Positions 1 through 11,439 of a stretch of 64,000 bases of DNA are shown piece after piece. A program made the translations under genes and the position numbers. Position 1 is the stretch's first letter; every line of letters begins with the position of its first letter. Origin of the DNA: Phaeosaccion multiseriatum (lineage: Eukaryota > Protista > Ochrophyta, other classes); contig OZ218953.1 of assembly GCA_965112735.1 (NCBI GenBank), positions 3,472,001 to 3,536,000 of the forward strand. The letters are read 5' to 3'. The notes below the pieces were generated by a model. The model did no database searches and was not told where the DNA came from. It worked only from the letters and a program-made list of their open reading frames with translations.

Positions 1-91
1 GGTCGCAAGAGGGGGAGGGGAGGGGAGGGGAGGGGACGGGAGGTCAGTCTCGTGTCTGTCGCGGTCCCCTCAAGGCCTCCTTCGCTCTCAC

Positions 92-568
92 CAGCAGGAT
101 TGGCCCTCCTCTCCTCGAGCAGGGTGGCAATGGGACGCATCGCGCAATCTGTTCGGGGGGCACCTGGGGAAGCAGCTCTTGGAGCTCAGCGAGCGGCACG
201 GTGGCCATGTTGGACACCACCGTATGCTCGGCAGTGAAGGAGAGTTCCGGCAGCTGGGTCTTGGCCACGTCCGGAAGCAGGCTCACAAACACCACGCTGG
301 AGCCGTCCACCACCGCCTGGTTGGAGGCGGCGACGCTCACGAGCGAGGGGTGTAGAGCAGCCAGCTCCTCGGCCCGCTCCTTATTCCTCGGCGATAGCGT
401 TATATGAGCAGGTTTGCAGCCGCCTTCAGAGCAAAAGCCCCGAACCATCGCCGAGGCAATCTTGCCGCAGCCAACGAACCCGATCCTCACAGGGCTGGCG
501 CTCATGGTGAAGAAAGCCTCTGCAGGCGCCCTACAGCACACAATCGCGACAAAGAGGAGCCTCAACAT
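92..568 (-). CDS. Pyrroline-5-carboxylate reductase-like NAD(P)-dependent oxidoreductase; first exon only, gene continues off the left end
   Basis: Rossmann motif RIGFVGCGKIASAM, plus SPRNKERA and SNQAVVDGS typical of the P5CR/F420-oxidoreductase family. N-terminal signal peptide ends AEA-FF (ASAFAP-like). A GTGAG donor follows position 92. Confidence 0.8.
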
Positions 569-1135
569 GCACACCAGGACACCAAAAGACAGAGGGGGGA
601 GGGCAATTTATTACGTACCAGGCCGGGGGAGGATATACTGACTCAAGAGGAATCACACATAGGGGGGGGGGGGGAAGAAAAAGGAAAGAGGGATGTCGGG
701 AGGGATGGGAGGGGAAACATGGATGATGCAGCCAACTGTGATCCTGACTCACCAACTTCTCCTCCTCCTTCCTTCCTTTGTATTTGTCTTCTCCTTTTTT
801 TCCAATAAAGAAAAAAGCCTACTGATGGAGGAGGTGCTTCCGTGTCTTCATTCTGTGATGTAGTGAGCTTGCTTTTTTTACATGTACTCCATATATGCGT
901 CTGCTGTTGTGTTCTTAACCTCTCCCGCCCTCCTCGGCTCCTGACAAAGCTCTAGTACCTTCAAAATTGGGACCAGGAACGCAGGCCGGCTGGAGAGACG
1001 GCTAGGACTGATGCCATAGAACCTTGTCAGGGCCCGATCCCCCCCCCCCCGCCCCACAGACTCCTCCCTCACTACATCGCCACCGAGCAGCAGTAGCTCA
1101 GGAAAGAGTTTGGCCAAAGCACCCCAGCCCCACGC

Positions 1136-2183
1136 TCACGCAGTGGAAGATACGCTGACCCGCACCCAGACCTCATTGTGGCGATTGAAGGCAACGAAGG
1201 GGCTATCGTAGCCTAGGAAGACGGAGCCCCACTCGCCTCCAGCGAGCTGCACTCCGTCCCTTTCCAGCAGGGCCAGCAGCTCACTCTTCTTGGCCAAGTA
1301 GTCCGCGTATTTCGCGAATCCGCCAAACTCAATCGCAGCAAAGGTCACGCCCCCTTCGGGGAATGCCGTGATATGTACATTGTCGTCTGTAGGCTCGGGC
1401 ACCGCCTCCCTGGACGCAAAGGAGCTGGGGACAAAGAAGCTCACCAACCAGCCGCTCCCATCGCTGCCTTGCCGAAACAGCACAGGAGAGGTCATGGGGA
1501 TCTTCTCCTGCTTATCGTTGGCACCCGATATGTAACCAAAGTTCTTGTAAAAGCCCTCCTCACCTGTGTATGCCAGCGACAGTCAGTGGGCGCGTGTGAG
1601 AGAGGGGGGGGATGAGGGTAACGAGCGCGTAAGGAGCGCGACAAGTACAGCCGGGAACGGAGGAAGCCAAGATGAATTTTGCATCATCAGTAAACATCCA
1701 TTCCCGAGGCGCACGCTTGCTGAGGCACGGATGAATGGAGAAACGCAATCTTGCAATGTCAATAGACATCCAACCCACACTCAATGTGCACGCTTCTCAC
1801 ATACCCGCGGCGTCAAAGTCTGACGACTCCACCTCGGCACTCGTCCAAAACTGCGGCGCGGATTCTGCGTAGCTCCGGATCTGGTAGCTGCGAGGAGTGA
1901 GCAGGGCGAAGGAAGGGGAGAGAGAGAGGGGCTGTCAGTATTCTGAGAAAGGCGCTTGCCGGGAGGTCGGTAGATGAGGAACTAAAATCATGATGACCTG
2001 TCCCAAGGAGACCGCACGGGACATATCAAACCTGTCGGCCTGCTTGATTACGGTGGTACACGGGGCTTCGATTGTTGGTGAAAAGGCGTGGCAAGGTTCC
2101 CCCGCTTCTGCTGTCGCTGCTGTCCCCATCGAGGCCCCGATTACAACTCCGACCAAGCTGGCCCTCCACCGTGACATCCTCAT
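1136..2183 (-). CDS. SOUL heme-binding protein, 3 exons (~2183-2031, ~1890-1801, ~1564-1136)
   Basis: The spliced product contains IEAPCTTV, YQIRSY, GFYKNFGYISGAN..EKIPMTSPV, VSFFVP, AAIEFGGF and GYDSPF..NRHNEVW, which are SOUL/HBP family motifs. Hydrophobic N-terminus. Confidence 0.9.
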
Positions 2184-2312
2184 GTGCTTTTTGCTGTTGT
2201 ATTATGGATAAAATATGCCCTCCTTTTTATTATGTGTGCGAACACAAAAACCCGTGGAATAGTTTGAGTTTCATTTTTTTTCCCCTCTTTCTGTGAATCT
2301 GTAAAATCTGTG

Positions 2313-2540
2313 AGTCATCGACACCTGGCCACCAAGGGCCACGTCCTGACACGACTACGCCGCCTCGTCAGCTGCAGCCACCAGATGTGGCTCTCGGAGC
2401 GGGAGCGCGCCTTCCTGGGTCGGCTCAACCGCGGAGCCGGTCCCGCACTCCCCCTCCCCGCCCTAGAGGGGCAGTAACCGGCCCCTCGAGGGCCCCGGAG
2501 ACACAGCGACACCTACACACACACACACACACACACACTT
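2313..2540 (+). mobile_element. Possible 5'-truncated non-LTR retrotransposon 3' end (ORF remnant, hairpin, (CA)n tail)
   Basis: A start-less open frame HRHLATKGHVLTRLRRLVSCSHQMWLSERERAFLGRLNRGAGPALPLPALEGQ* ends at TAA ~2477. It overlaps the hairpin GAGGGGC..GCCCCTC and is followed by an (AC)n tract. Confidence 0.4.
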
Positions 2541-2609
2541 TCACACTTTCAGTTTCTTAGGTGATTCCTATTAAGTCAATAAAGTCCTCCCCCCCCCTGA
2601 CTTTTTTAT

Positions 2610-2902
2610 AGCGCGCTATCGCGCTATCGGCCGCCGGCCGATAGCGGATAGCGTGCCGGCTGGCGCCGGCCGATAACGGATAGCGGATCGGCTGGCGCCG
2701 GCGACAGCGGATAGCACGCCCCCCCCCCCCAAAGCCGGCTGGCGCCGGCGATAGCGGATAGCGTGTCAGGGGTCGACCCTGACATGATTATGGTTGTTCT
2801 CAGGCAGCCGGGCAGGCAGGTGCATGTAATGAGGCAATGATGAGGGCCAAGGTTGGTTCCTGGTTCTGGGCTGGCCTGTCTCAGAACCATGTCAGGGGTC
2901 GA
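2610..2902. repeat. GC-rich palindromic/tandem repeat cluster plus a small inverted-repeat element
   Basis: Perfect hairpin GCTATCGGCCG-C-CGGCCGATAGC. Three imperfect copies of (GC)CGGCTGGCGCCGGC.GATAGCGGATAGC. TCGACCCTGACATG (2773-2786) is inverted against CATGTCAGGGGTCGA (2888-2902). Confidence 0.7.
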
Positions 2903-2921
2903 GAGTCAGACAGCGCGCCCG

Positions 2922-4148
2922 TCAGTCCTCACTGCCTTGCGTCTGTTGCTTGGGGGTCACGAAGGAGGTGACTTTCCTCAGCACATCCTTCTCGAAGGCC
3001 TTCCAGCTGCCCGCCAGGGACCCCGCCAGCGCCTTGCCCTCCTTCCTGCTCTCCACGTCGAACACAAGGGCCTGTTCTGGAAGCTTCCAGATAGCGTCTG
3101 CGTCTACGGCAGCCGTGTCCTCCTCCGCCCACTCGGCGAGCAGAGCGTCCCACTCGGCCTCCGCGGCCTCGGCCTCGGTCTGGGCCTCGGCCTTCGTCTC
3201 GGCCTTGGTCTCGGCCTCTTCCGCCCCGTCTCCTGCCAACACGGCATCTTCTATGTTTCCTGCGTCTCGTTCTACGGCTTTCCCGCCCTCCGGCGCGGCC
3301 AATATTGCCTCTTCTATGTCTGCTGCTTCTCCCTCTGCGGCTTGTCCGCCCGCCAGCGCCGCTACCACTGCCTCTTCTATTTCTCCTGCGTCTCCTTCTT
3401 CTCCCTCTAGCTCTTGTCCGCCCGGCAGCGGCCACATATCGTTCTCCTCCTTGGGTTGCAGCCCCAGCTCACTCGCAATGACCACCACCCACTCCCCCAT
3501 GGCCACTAGCTTGGGCAGCTCCGCGTCGTTATCCTCGGAGAGCCGCAGCGTGGAGAAGTCCACTCGCACTTGGTCGACCGCGAGATCCTGCTGCCCCAGC
3601 TGCCCCAGGCCTGTCACGATGCTGATACAGGGCATGGCCTTCGCGTCGCACCACTGGCGCCAGATGTTGGCAAGGGGGCTGCCCTTGCGCTCCCTCCGGT
3701 AGCCCGCTCCTCGGAGGACGACAAAGCCCTTGGTCTTGGCCAACTCGAAGGCCGTCCGTTCGCTCTCATTGAGGCGGTGGCACACTCCTCTGCTGCCCGT
3801 ACCACGCTTCTTCGCCCTCTTGCCGTACGAGATGCGATCGACATCGTCCTTGGTGGCCCTGCCCCCGAAGCCCTGTCCGCCCGCGGCCTTGCCCCTCCTC
3901 TTCTTCTTAGAGCCCGACGATCGCACCATCATCATGCTCAGCCCCTGCTGCCCTCGGGGACCACCTCGTCCTGGGGAGAGAGAGGCGCGCTGAACCCCGC
4001 CCCGTTGAGGGCACACACCCAGGAAGCCCCATGCTCTCCAAGCTGAGAGCAGAGGCAGCAGGGCGGCTGCAGCTATACGTACCCCTCCTGGGCGCTGTCG
4101 AAGCCGCCGGCCTGGTCTCCTGCCTGCTAACTGCCGCTGCTCAAGCAT
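2922..4148 (-). CDS. Conserved hypothetical protein, single exon, probably plastid-targeted
   Basis: 408-codon ORF with a signal-like segment ending AWG-FLG. Globular basic core GTGSRGVCHRLNESERTAFELAKTKGF...GSPLANIWRQWCDA. Acidic C-terminal half with three ~21-aa imperfect repeats. Confidence 0.7.
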   Translation of the reverse strand: MLEQRQLAGRRPGRRLRQRPGGVRIAAAALLPLLSAWRAWGFLGVCPQRGGVQRASLSPGRGGPRGQQGLSMMMVRSSGSKKKRRGKAAGGQGFGGRATKDDVDRISYGKRAKKRGTGSRGVCHRLNESERTAFELAKTKGFVVLRGAGYRRERKGSPLANIWRQWCDAKAMPCISIVTGLGQLGQQDLAVDQVRVDFSTLRLSEDNDAELPKLVAMGEWVVVIASELGLQPKEENDMWPLPGGQELEGEEGDAGEIEEAVVAALAGGQAAEGEAADIEEAILAAPEGGKAVERDAGNIEDAVLAGDGAEEAETKAETKAEAQTEAEAAEAEWDALLAEWAEEDTAAVDADAIWKLPEQALVFDVESRKEGKALAGSLAGSWKAFEKDVLRKVTSFVTPKQQTQGSED

Positions 4149-4225
4149 CACAAATTATGAGGCAGGCCTGATCCAGTTTCAGTTTGTGAGTCCTCCACAC
4201 GGCTCTCTGGACACACACAAAGAAA

Positions 4226-6357
4226 ATGAAGCATGTCGTCGCATATGCCGTGGCTGCAGCCTCACTGCTTGCCCAAGGGCCTTCCCCGGTTAGTTCTCTA
4301 CTGGCGCCCTTCCCAGGCGGCAGCAGTTGCAGTGGCGGCGGCAGGAGCAGCTCCCAGAGGAGAGCCACGGTCAGCAGGAGAGCTGCCCTTCGTGGGGACT
4401 GCTGCGGATGCCGGAGCTACCAGCAGCAGCGGGAGCGGGAGCAGCCTTCTTCGGCGCTACAGTCTGCTTCGTCCAATGAAGCTAGCAGCAGGCGCGTGCG
4501 ACTCATGATGGCTGGAGGGGGGGGGATCGGGGACGGGCGAGGGGCGAGACCGAATGAGAAGTGGTACGATCGCTATGGCAAGCAAGGGCGTAAGGGGCTT
4601 ACGTACAACAAAAAGGAGTGGAGTAGGGGCACCATCAATGGCCGGCTCATCGAGAGCATCCCGGGGGGCGACAAGAAGAGCAAGGGCGCCAAAGGGTTGT
4701 CAGGGGAAGGAAGGACGCCCTCCGAGCTGCTGCTCGAGTCGGGCGCGCGGCTGCAGAAGGTGCTGGCACACGCCGGCGTTGACAGTCGGAGGAACTGCGA
4801 GGTTATCATCTCCAAGGGGAGAGTCAAGGTAAGTCCTCTGAGCTGCGAAGCGCCTGCCTCTCACGGGCTCAAAAGAAAGGAGAGAGAGGCGGGACACTTA
4901 CTTACCCCCCCCTCCGTGTGAAACAGGTCAATGGCCGAGTCGTGACCATTCCTGGTACCAAGGTGGACCCCTCCAAGGACGTCCTTCAGGTACATGCCCC
5001 GCTGCGCCGCCCCCCCCCCTTCTGTTCGCCCCTCTCCCCGCCTCACTCACCCATCCCCAACCCCGTCCCGTCCCTGTTTGGCGGCCCCAGGTGGACGGGA
5101 AGCGCGTGCAGGTCCGCACACAGGGGGACAGATTTTGGGTGGCTCTGTACAAGCCCAAGGGAGTCATCAGCTCCCTCGCAGACGAGGTACGTACGGGGGG
5201 GCGTGAGCGGGGGAAGAGCTGGAGGCCCGGTCGAAATTGAATCTTGTCCTCGCCCGCTGCTCTGTTTGTTGTCCACCAGAGAGGGAGGAAGACCATTGTG
5301 GACCTCATCCCCGGGGCGGCTCGGATGCGCCTCCTCCCGGTGGGCAGGTAAGAGAAAGGGTGACAGGGACATTGGCGAGGGAGAATTGGCAGTGAGGTTG
5401 TCCGCCAGAAACAGGCACAGAGGGTCACCCTGTGTTTACTTCCTTGTCCGTCCGTCCGTCCGTCCGTCCGCCCATCAGGCTGGATCGCGACTCTGCCGGG
5501 CTGATGGTGATGACCAACGAGAACGCGTGGCTGAACGTGCTCACACACCCGCGCTACGGACACGAGAAGGTGTACCGAGTGAGCATTATGAACGGGCAGC
5601 CCACAGACAAGGCGTGGCAGCTGATCATCAACGGCATGCTGCTGCCGGGAGAGAAGACCAAGTGAGTTGACGAGAGGGGCAAGGGCGGATGGCAATGCGT
5701 CCCACCATATTCTTGTGCATGCCCCTCCTTAACGGTTGTTGCTGCCGTGCCGTGCCCAGAACTGCGCCCTGCACCGTGGAGCTGCTCGAGTTCGACCGCG
5801 GCCTGCAGGTGCTGCATCTCGACATTACTCTCACGGAGGGCCGCAACAGACAGCTCAGGCGCATGTTCGAGGCCATCGGACACCCCATCCGGTCCATCAC
5901 CAGGTCAGTCAGTCAGTCAGTCAGTCAGTCAGTCAATGAGTGAGTCAGTGGGTCAGTGAGTGAGTGGCTGAGTGAGTCAGCGAGTCAGCGAGTGGCCAGA
6001 GCACTGCCCATCGCCGTGTCCAGTCAGGAGTACCCGTCGTAACCCACCAACCCAATCGCGAAACGAATCCTCCCGTGTACACACAGAACCCGGGTGGGGC
6101 CGCTGAAGCTCAAGGGCATGTACGCTGGAGAGTGGCGCCAGCTGACGCCCTATGAGATCACCAAGATCAAGACGGCGGGGCGGAGAAGCATCAGCAAGAG
6201 CCAGACCAGGGCCAACGTGCGCGACTACGCTATGAAGGGCGCCTCGGAGGACAAGGTGAAGCAGGCCAAGCAGAGCCTCGAGGACTTCCAATGTGATGAC
6301 GCGGAGGAGGAGGAAGATTGGGAGAACTACTTTCCCGCCGCGCCTTCCGCGTCTTGA
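4226..6357 (+). CDS. RsuA/RluB-family rRNA pseudouridine synthase with S4 domain, 7 exons, probably organelle-targeted
   Basis: S4 domain RLQKVLAHAGVDSRRNCE..GRVKVNG. Motifs YKPKGVISS, catalytic PVGRLDRDSAGL (spliced), LTHPRYGHEKVY and EGRNRQLRRMFEAIG. GT-AG introns. Confidence 0.93.
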
Positions 6358-6748
6358 CGTGAGTATCTGCACGTCCTGACACAAACCCTGACAGGCTTTG
6401 CTTGTGCTGCCTCCCGTCGCCCCTCTCTCCCGACTCTGACACCACCTCCCCCTTGCTGCTCCGGCACTGCCCACGCTCCCACTTTGCTGTGTCCTCTGCG
6501 CGCACAGCTCTACCCGACGAGGGGCCTGAATGTACACTGCGCTTGGGTTGGAAGGCGGGGGGGGGGGCTGTTATGGTAAGGTTCAGGTATAAGCACTGTA
6601 ATACAGCCGAGCTCCAGCCCCGGGAGGCACTCAGGCATTCAAAGGAACGAGTTGACGAACACAGAGAAGACGTGCTTCGATTAGGATATGGCGAAACGAC
6701 GTGTGCTATGCCGCTGCTGCTGCCTCGCCAGTGCCTCTCGCACATGCA

Positions 6749-8214
6749 TCAATTCGAGTTTCCACCCACGAGCAGCTGCTCAAAGTTCTTCTGCAGATTG
6801 TTCCGCAGAGCCTGTCTGCTGGCTTGCACGTCGGTGTTGCCCTTCGCTTTGGCCGCCTTGAGCGCCTCCATCTCCTGTGCCATCGTTTCCATGGGGCGGC
6901 AGATAACAGCGTCAGCAGAGGGCCGGGGGGACCGTAGGACGTACACAGAACGGGGTAGGGTACCCTCCCACCCAAATACTCGGGACGCCGCACAGGCACA
7001 GAGGCATGCAGGCAGGCATACACATGCACACAATTACATAAACGTACCTTCATGAGCGCGAGGTCGATGTCGTCCATCTCGTCCTCCTCCTCGTGGTCTC
7101 CGTCCCCCTCGGCGCCCCCGAGCATGGCCAGCAGACTGCCCCCGCCGCCCATCATACACCCCGCCTCCGCCTGCTGCTGCTGCTGCTGCTGCTGGTGCTG
7201 CTGCTGATGTCCCTTGCTGCCCGCCCCTGCCTTGCTCTTACTGGTACTGGTGCTGCTCCTGCTGTCCTTGCCGTTCGGCGCGGCAGCTGACGCATTCGCC
7301 ACACTCCCCGAACCCCCTCCTGATCCTTTCCGCACCGGGGTTTGCTGCTGCTGCTGCTGCACGCCCGACGCTGCGTCGTTTGGCGCAGCCACAGCCACGG
7401 GGTGGTGGGTGTGGTTTCCCTTGGGGCAGGCATTGTGATCCAGCACCGTGTGGTCCTCCTTGCGGGCCTTGGCTCTCGCCTTGCGCTCCTTCTTCTTCTT
7501 GGACTTGCTCTTCTTGCTGGCGTCTCCCCCTTCCTTATCGTCATCAAACAGGTCCAGCGCCGCGGCACTCACCCCCGTACCTCCGCAGTGCGGGCAGCCT
7601 GGGTGGGGTGCACGACGGCGAGAAACAAGAGATGCCGTGTGTGAGGAAGACAAAGGACGTGTGTGAGGAAGGGGGGTAAGCCAGAAGGGAGAGAGAAGCA
7701 AGCAAGGGCGAGAGAAGGGAGGCATGAGCAGTAGAGGCCCACAGTCCCCACAACCCCCCCCCCCACACACACACACGCGCACACGCACACCCTGACACCC
7801 CGTACCTGCTCGCACGTCGTCTCCGCAGCTGAGGCAGCTCGCCAGCGCGGAGGAAGCCCCCCCTGCCGCTAAACCCTGCAGCCCCCCCCCCTGCACGCCC
7901 CCCTCCTGCAGCAGCCTCGCCCCCCTGCCCCCGTCCAGCAGGGCCAGCTGCGTGCGCACTGCGTGCAGGACCAGGGAGAAGAGGTACTGCTCGCCCTGCA
8001 CCTGCGCGAGGTGGTTGTGCCAGGAGGCACGCAGCTGGCAGAGGAGCACGCTGCCCACTATGGAGCGGATCTCTCGCTGGCCGTGCTCGAGGGTGGCGGC
8101 GTGCCTCTGCGAGGAACGCGAGTACTCTCGGCTGTCAAAGTCCTCGTGCCAGCAGATGAGCTCCTCCACGTCCTCCAGGGGACAGCACAGCGTCTTGCCC
8201 GTCACTGCGCACAT

Positions 8215-8254
<40 letters not shown>

Positions 8255-9339
8255 TGGAGTAGAGAGTTGGGCGTGTTGTCACGACAAAGCAGGGCACTCG
8301 TGCCCCAACTCCTGCACAGCCTGCGCGAGAGACGGAAAGACAAGACGTGGCCGTGACAGCGCTCACCTTCTTCGGTGACCCTTCCCTCGAAGGGGTAGAA
8401 GAGCTCTGGGTTGAACTCGTCGTCGTTTTCAATCTCGCTGAGGTCATATTTGCATGTGAGCACGTCAAAGGCCGTCACCACGTTGTGTTTGCAGTCGGCG
8501 CAGAAGCGGTGCGTGGCGGTGGCTTGGTGCATGGCAGTCTCGAGGGCGGCCACATCAATAAAGCCCACCTTGGCTCGGAGACCAGCCGGCAAGCGCTCCC
8601 ACGCGTCCTCCCAGTCCCAATTATCATTGTTGGTGGAGCTGGTGCCTGCGTTCCTCCTGTGCGTCTCGCAGCGCAGAGACACGCCCTTCACGCCCTTGGG
8701 CTGCACCTTTTTCACCACCGCGGCGAGGGGGAAGGACTCCAGCAGCTGCTGCAACTTCTGCCGGTCCCGCTGGTACACAGGCCGCAGCCGCAACGCCCCG
8801 GCCAGGCCGCAGGCCTGGCTGTCATGGCAGCAAATGTGGTCGGTTCCCTGGCCGAGACCTGCCGGCCCTCCTCCTACTGTCCCGCCTCCTGCTGGTCCTC
8901 CTCCCAACCCCCCTCCCGCCGCTCCTCCTCCTCCTGCTCCTCCTTCCCCGCCTCCGCAGCGCCCTATATCGCCTGCGGCCACTCCTCTCTCCGCCGTCTC
9001 CTCCATGACCGCATTCAATAGCCGCAGCTCCGCGATGGGCCGTTCCAGCAGTGACTTTACAGCAGCGCTGCACCCTGCACATGTTGTGTACTGGCTGGCC
9101 ATGCGCACGATGTGCGCCTTGTCAATCTCCAGCGGCCGGTCTGCTCCATTGTTGCCCCCATTACTCTGGCTGCTGTTACTGGTGCTGCTGCCGCTGCCAC
9201 TGCTGCCGCTACTGCTAGTGCTACCATTCGCGTCTGCTACCGTACTATTACTCTCTCCTCCGTCCTGCTTCTTCCTCTTGTCCTTTACACAGAGCACTTC
9301 CTCCTGGTGCTGTTGCTGGTGATGATAGTGGTTCGCCAT
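6749..9339 (-). CDS. GGNBP2: Gametogenetin-binding protein 2 (GGNBP2/ZNF403)-like protein, multi-exon; start codon uncertain
   Basis: CAGCSAAVKSLL, RCETH, HRFCADCKHNV, RHAATLEHGQREI, a Lys-rich stretch and the C-terminal RQALRNNLQKNFEQL follow the order of conserved GGNBP2 blocks (recognised from memory). Confidence 0.78.
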
Positions 9340-9664
9340 CTGGATGCCGACCAAGGGGACAAAAGAAGTCCTACCAAGACCCGGCTCTTCCCACCACTCT
9401 CTCACACGTTATCCGGCAGAGGAGAGAAGAGTTTGCTTAACTTATCTTAACTGCACAGCTGCAGCGCGCAGTATTGATTTCGTTTGTAGCCCCCCCCCCC
9501 CCCGGGGAAACCGAAATTGTAATTCAAATTATTTACGACGGCGCCGGCGATCAACGTGTCAGGTTCTCTCCCAGGAAAAGTCTCTCTCTTTCCCTGGGAA
9601 GGCCAAGGAGGCTTTGACACGCTGAGAACGAGCAAGGTTCCAAGGCTGCAGTGCAAAACACTAA

Positions 9665-11177
9665 CTAATACTCCGTCTTCTTGTACCTCACGGGGATGCC
9701 GAGCTCGTCCAGAAGCTGCACAAGGGCAGCCCTTTGGGGGCCCTTAAAGGCCTTCTTGTCCACGTTAGCCACCAGCCCCGAAGGAGCCACCCCTGGGAAG
9801 GCCGCCTGAGTGGAGGACGCGCCTTCTCTCACGGCAGCCTTCCACGCGTCCTCATTGTCCCAGTCAAACACGTAGTTGGCAAGCATGTGCCCCACGTATA
9901 CGCCTTCCATTCGTGCCACGTCGCCGTGCCGGGGGGCGTCTGTGGGGTCGTGTGTCGCAAGGGGCAGAGAGGGGGAGGAGGACATCAAGAGGCTCGCTAG
10001 GAAGGAAGGAAGGAAATTCGGAACAGCCTGTCACGTACAATGCCCCCCCCCGATGCCCAGCACAACCGTCCTCTGCTGGCGCTGTTCCAAGCTGAGTGAT
10101 GCCCAAGTCTCTGTGCTCGTGGATGCCGCCGCCTCTTCTCCCCCTTCTCCCTCCGTCAGCCCCATGCAAGCTCCAAGTGTGTCGGCCCAGCACTGCCCCG
10201 CCTCCTTGCTGGGCCAGTGCTCTTCGGTGCTCCCAATCTCCACGAAGCAAGAGGGCGTTTTCAACCATGGCCCGTGGTGAGTGGTCTCCAGGCACACCTC
10301 AAAGGTGTCATCCAGGCCATGCCTCTTGGCCTGGGAGCACAGAAACCAAAGGATGAGGGGAGTCTTGCGAGAGCAGCAGGAGAGTATGCAAAACACATAG
10401 TCTATAAACACACCTGCTTGAGCAGCTCCCTGAACATGGGAGCTATTCTTGGGCTGCTGGGGGGGGCTTTGCCTGGTTTCCCACCTAGAGTGATTCCCTT
10501 GCCGTCCAGATTGAGGACACCTTTCATGGTACAAGTTCCCAGAGGTGGATAGTGAGCAGCTTTTCCAGAGTCCCATTCATTCATTTCGTCTCTGCCCGAC
10601 TCACCAATGGGATGGATAGTCAGAGCGGGTCGTCCGGATGCCGCGCTGTGCCTGTGAGGTGAGGCCGCCGGACAAGGAGGAGAAATCGTCAAGTCAAGCC
10701 CACAGGAAACTGCGTCCAACCAAACTCCCTGAAGCCTTACTTGGAGAGGAAGATGACCTCGGTCAGAGGCCCCAGCGCAGTAGCCTCCTCCCAGTGCTCG
10801 TCGAGATCATCCGCCCCGAGCATGCGCTCCTCCAGCACCCACAGCCACAGGTCTGTGGCATCGGTATTGCTGTGGGCGTACTTGCGCCCGCGTGACGGCT
10901 CCTGCTCTTTTGTCTCCAGCTCTTCCCAACCCTTCCTTTCCAACAGGGCCTCGACAATGGTCATCGACGCCGTGTCGGTCGTTGATGCTATCAGGAGAGT
11001 CCGAGGTTTTGTGGGGGGGGGTTGGGGGAGGGTGGCCCCCTCCATCACTGCCGTACTGAACAGAGGAGAGCCCCTGCTCAGTAGCGCGGACGGCAACGTA
11101 CTTGGGGAGAATGCCCTTCCCCCTCTGGCAAGGATTCCGAGGCCGAGCACTGCAGACCGGCAGCTGCTCGCTCGCAT
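9665..11177 (-). CDS. GEK1: D-aminoacyl-tRNA deacylase, archaeal/plant type (DTD2/GEK1/DtdA family), 5 exons
   Basis: Spliced motifs IFLSKHSAASGRPALTIHPIG, FEVCLETTHHGP, PSCFVEIGSTEEHW, VLGIGGGHYAPR and VGHMLA. The N-terminus ends GRA-FSP (bipartite targeting-like). Confidence 0.92.
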
Positions 11178-11439
11178 CACAGCCAGCTGTTATTGATCAA
11201 TCATCATTCGGCGGAAATTGCTTTGGTCGGGCCATTGCCTTATCCTCACACGAACGTCGATCGACCTTCGAGACGATTATTTTTTTCTTTTCTCTTTTTC
11301 TTGTCACCTTCTTCCCTTCCTTTGCCTCTCTCTCCAGTTTGCTCCCGCTGCAACCCCCCCTCCCCCCCGTCTCCATCCTCCCCCGTCTATGCTGATGGGG
11401 ATTCCTTACTCTTGGTGAGATGCTTCCTTCGCAAACAAA

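Noticed and set aside
2853-3702. Long antisense/overlapping ORFs opposite real genes (also 23894-24984, 52421-53575 and many others)
   Set aside because: These are expected shadow ORFs in high-GC, low-complexity coding DNA and have no recognisable motifs.
6706-9405. 899-aa single ORF in the ORF track
   Set aside because: It reads through introns (including (GT)n tracts that translate as CVCVCV). The real product is the spliced GGNBP2-like protein.
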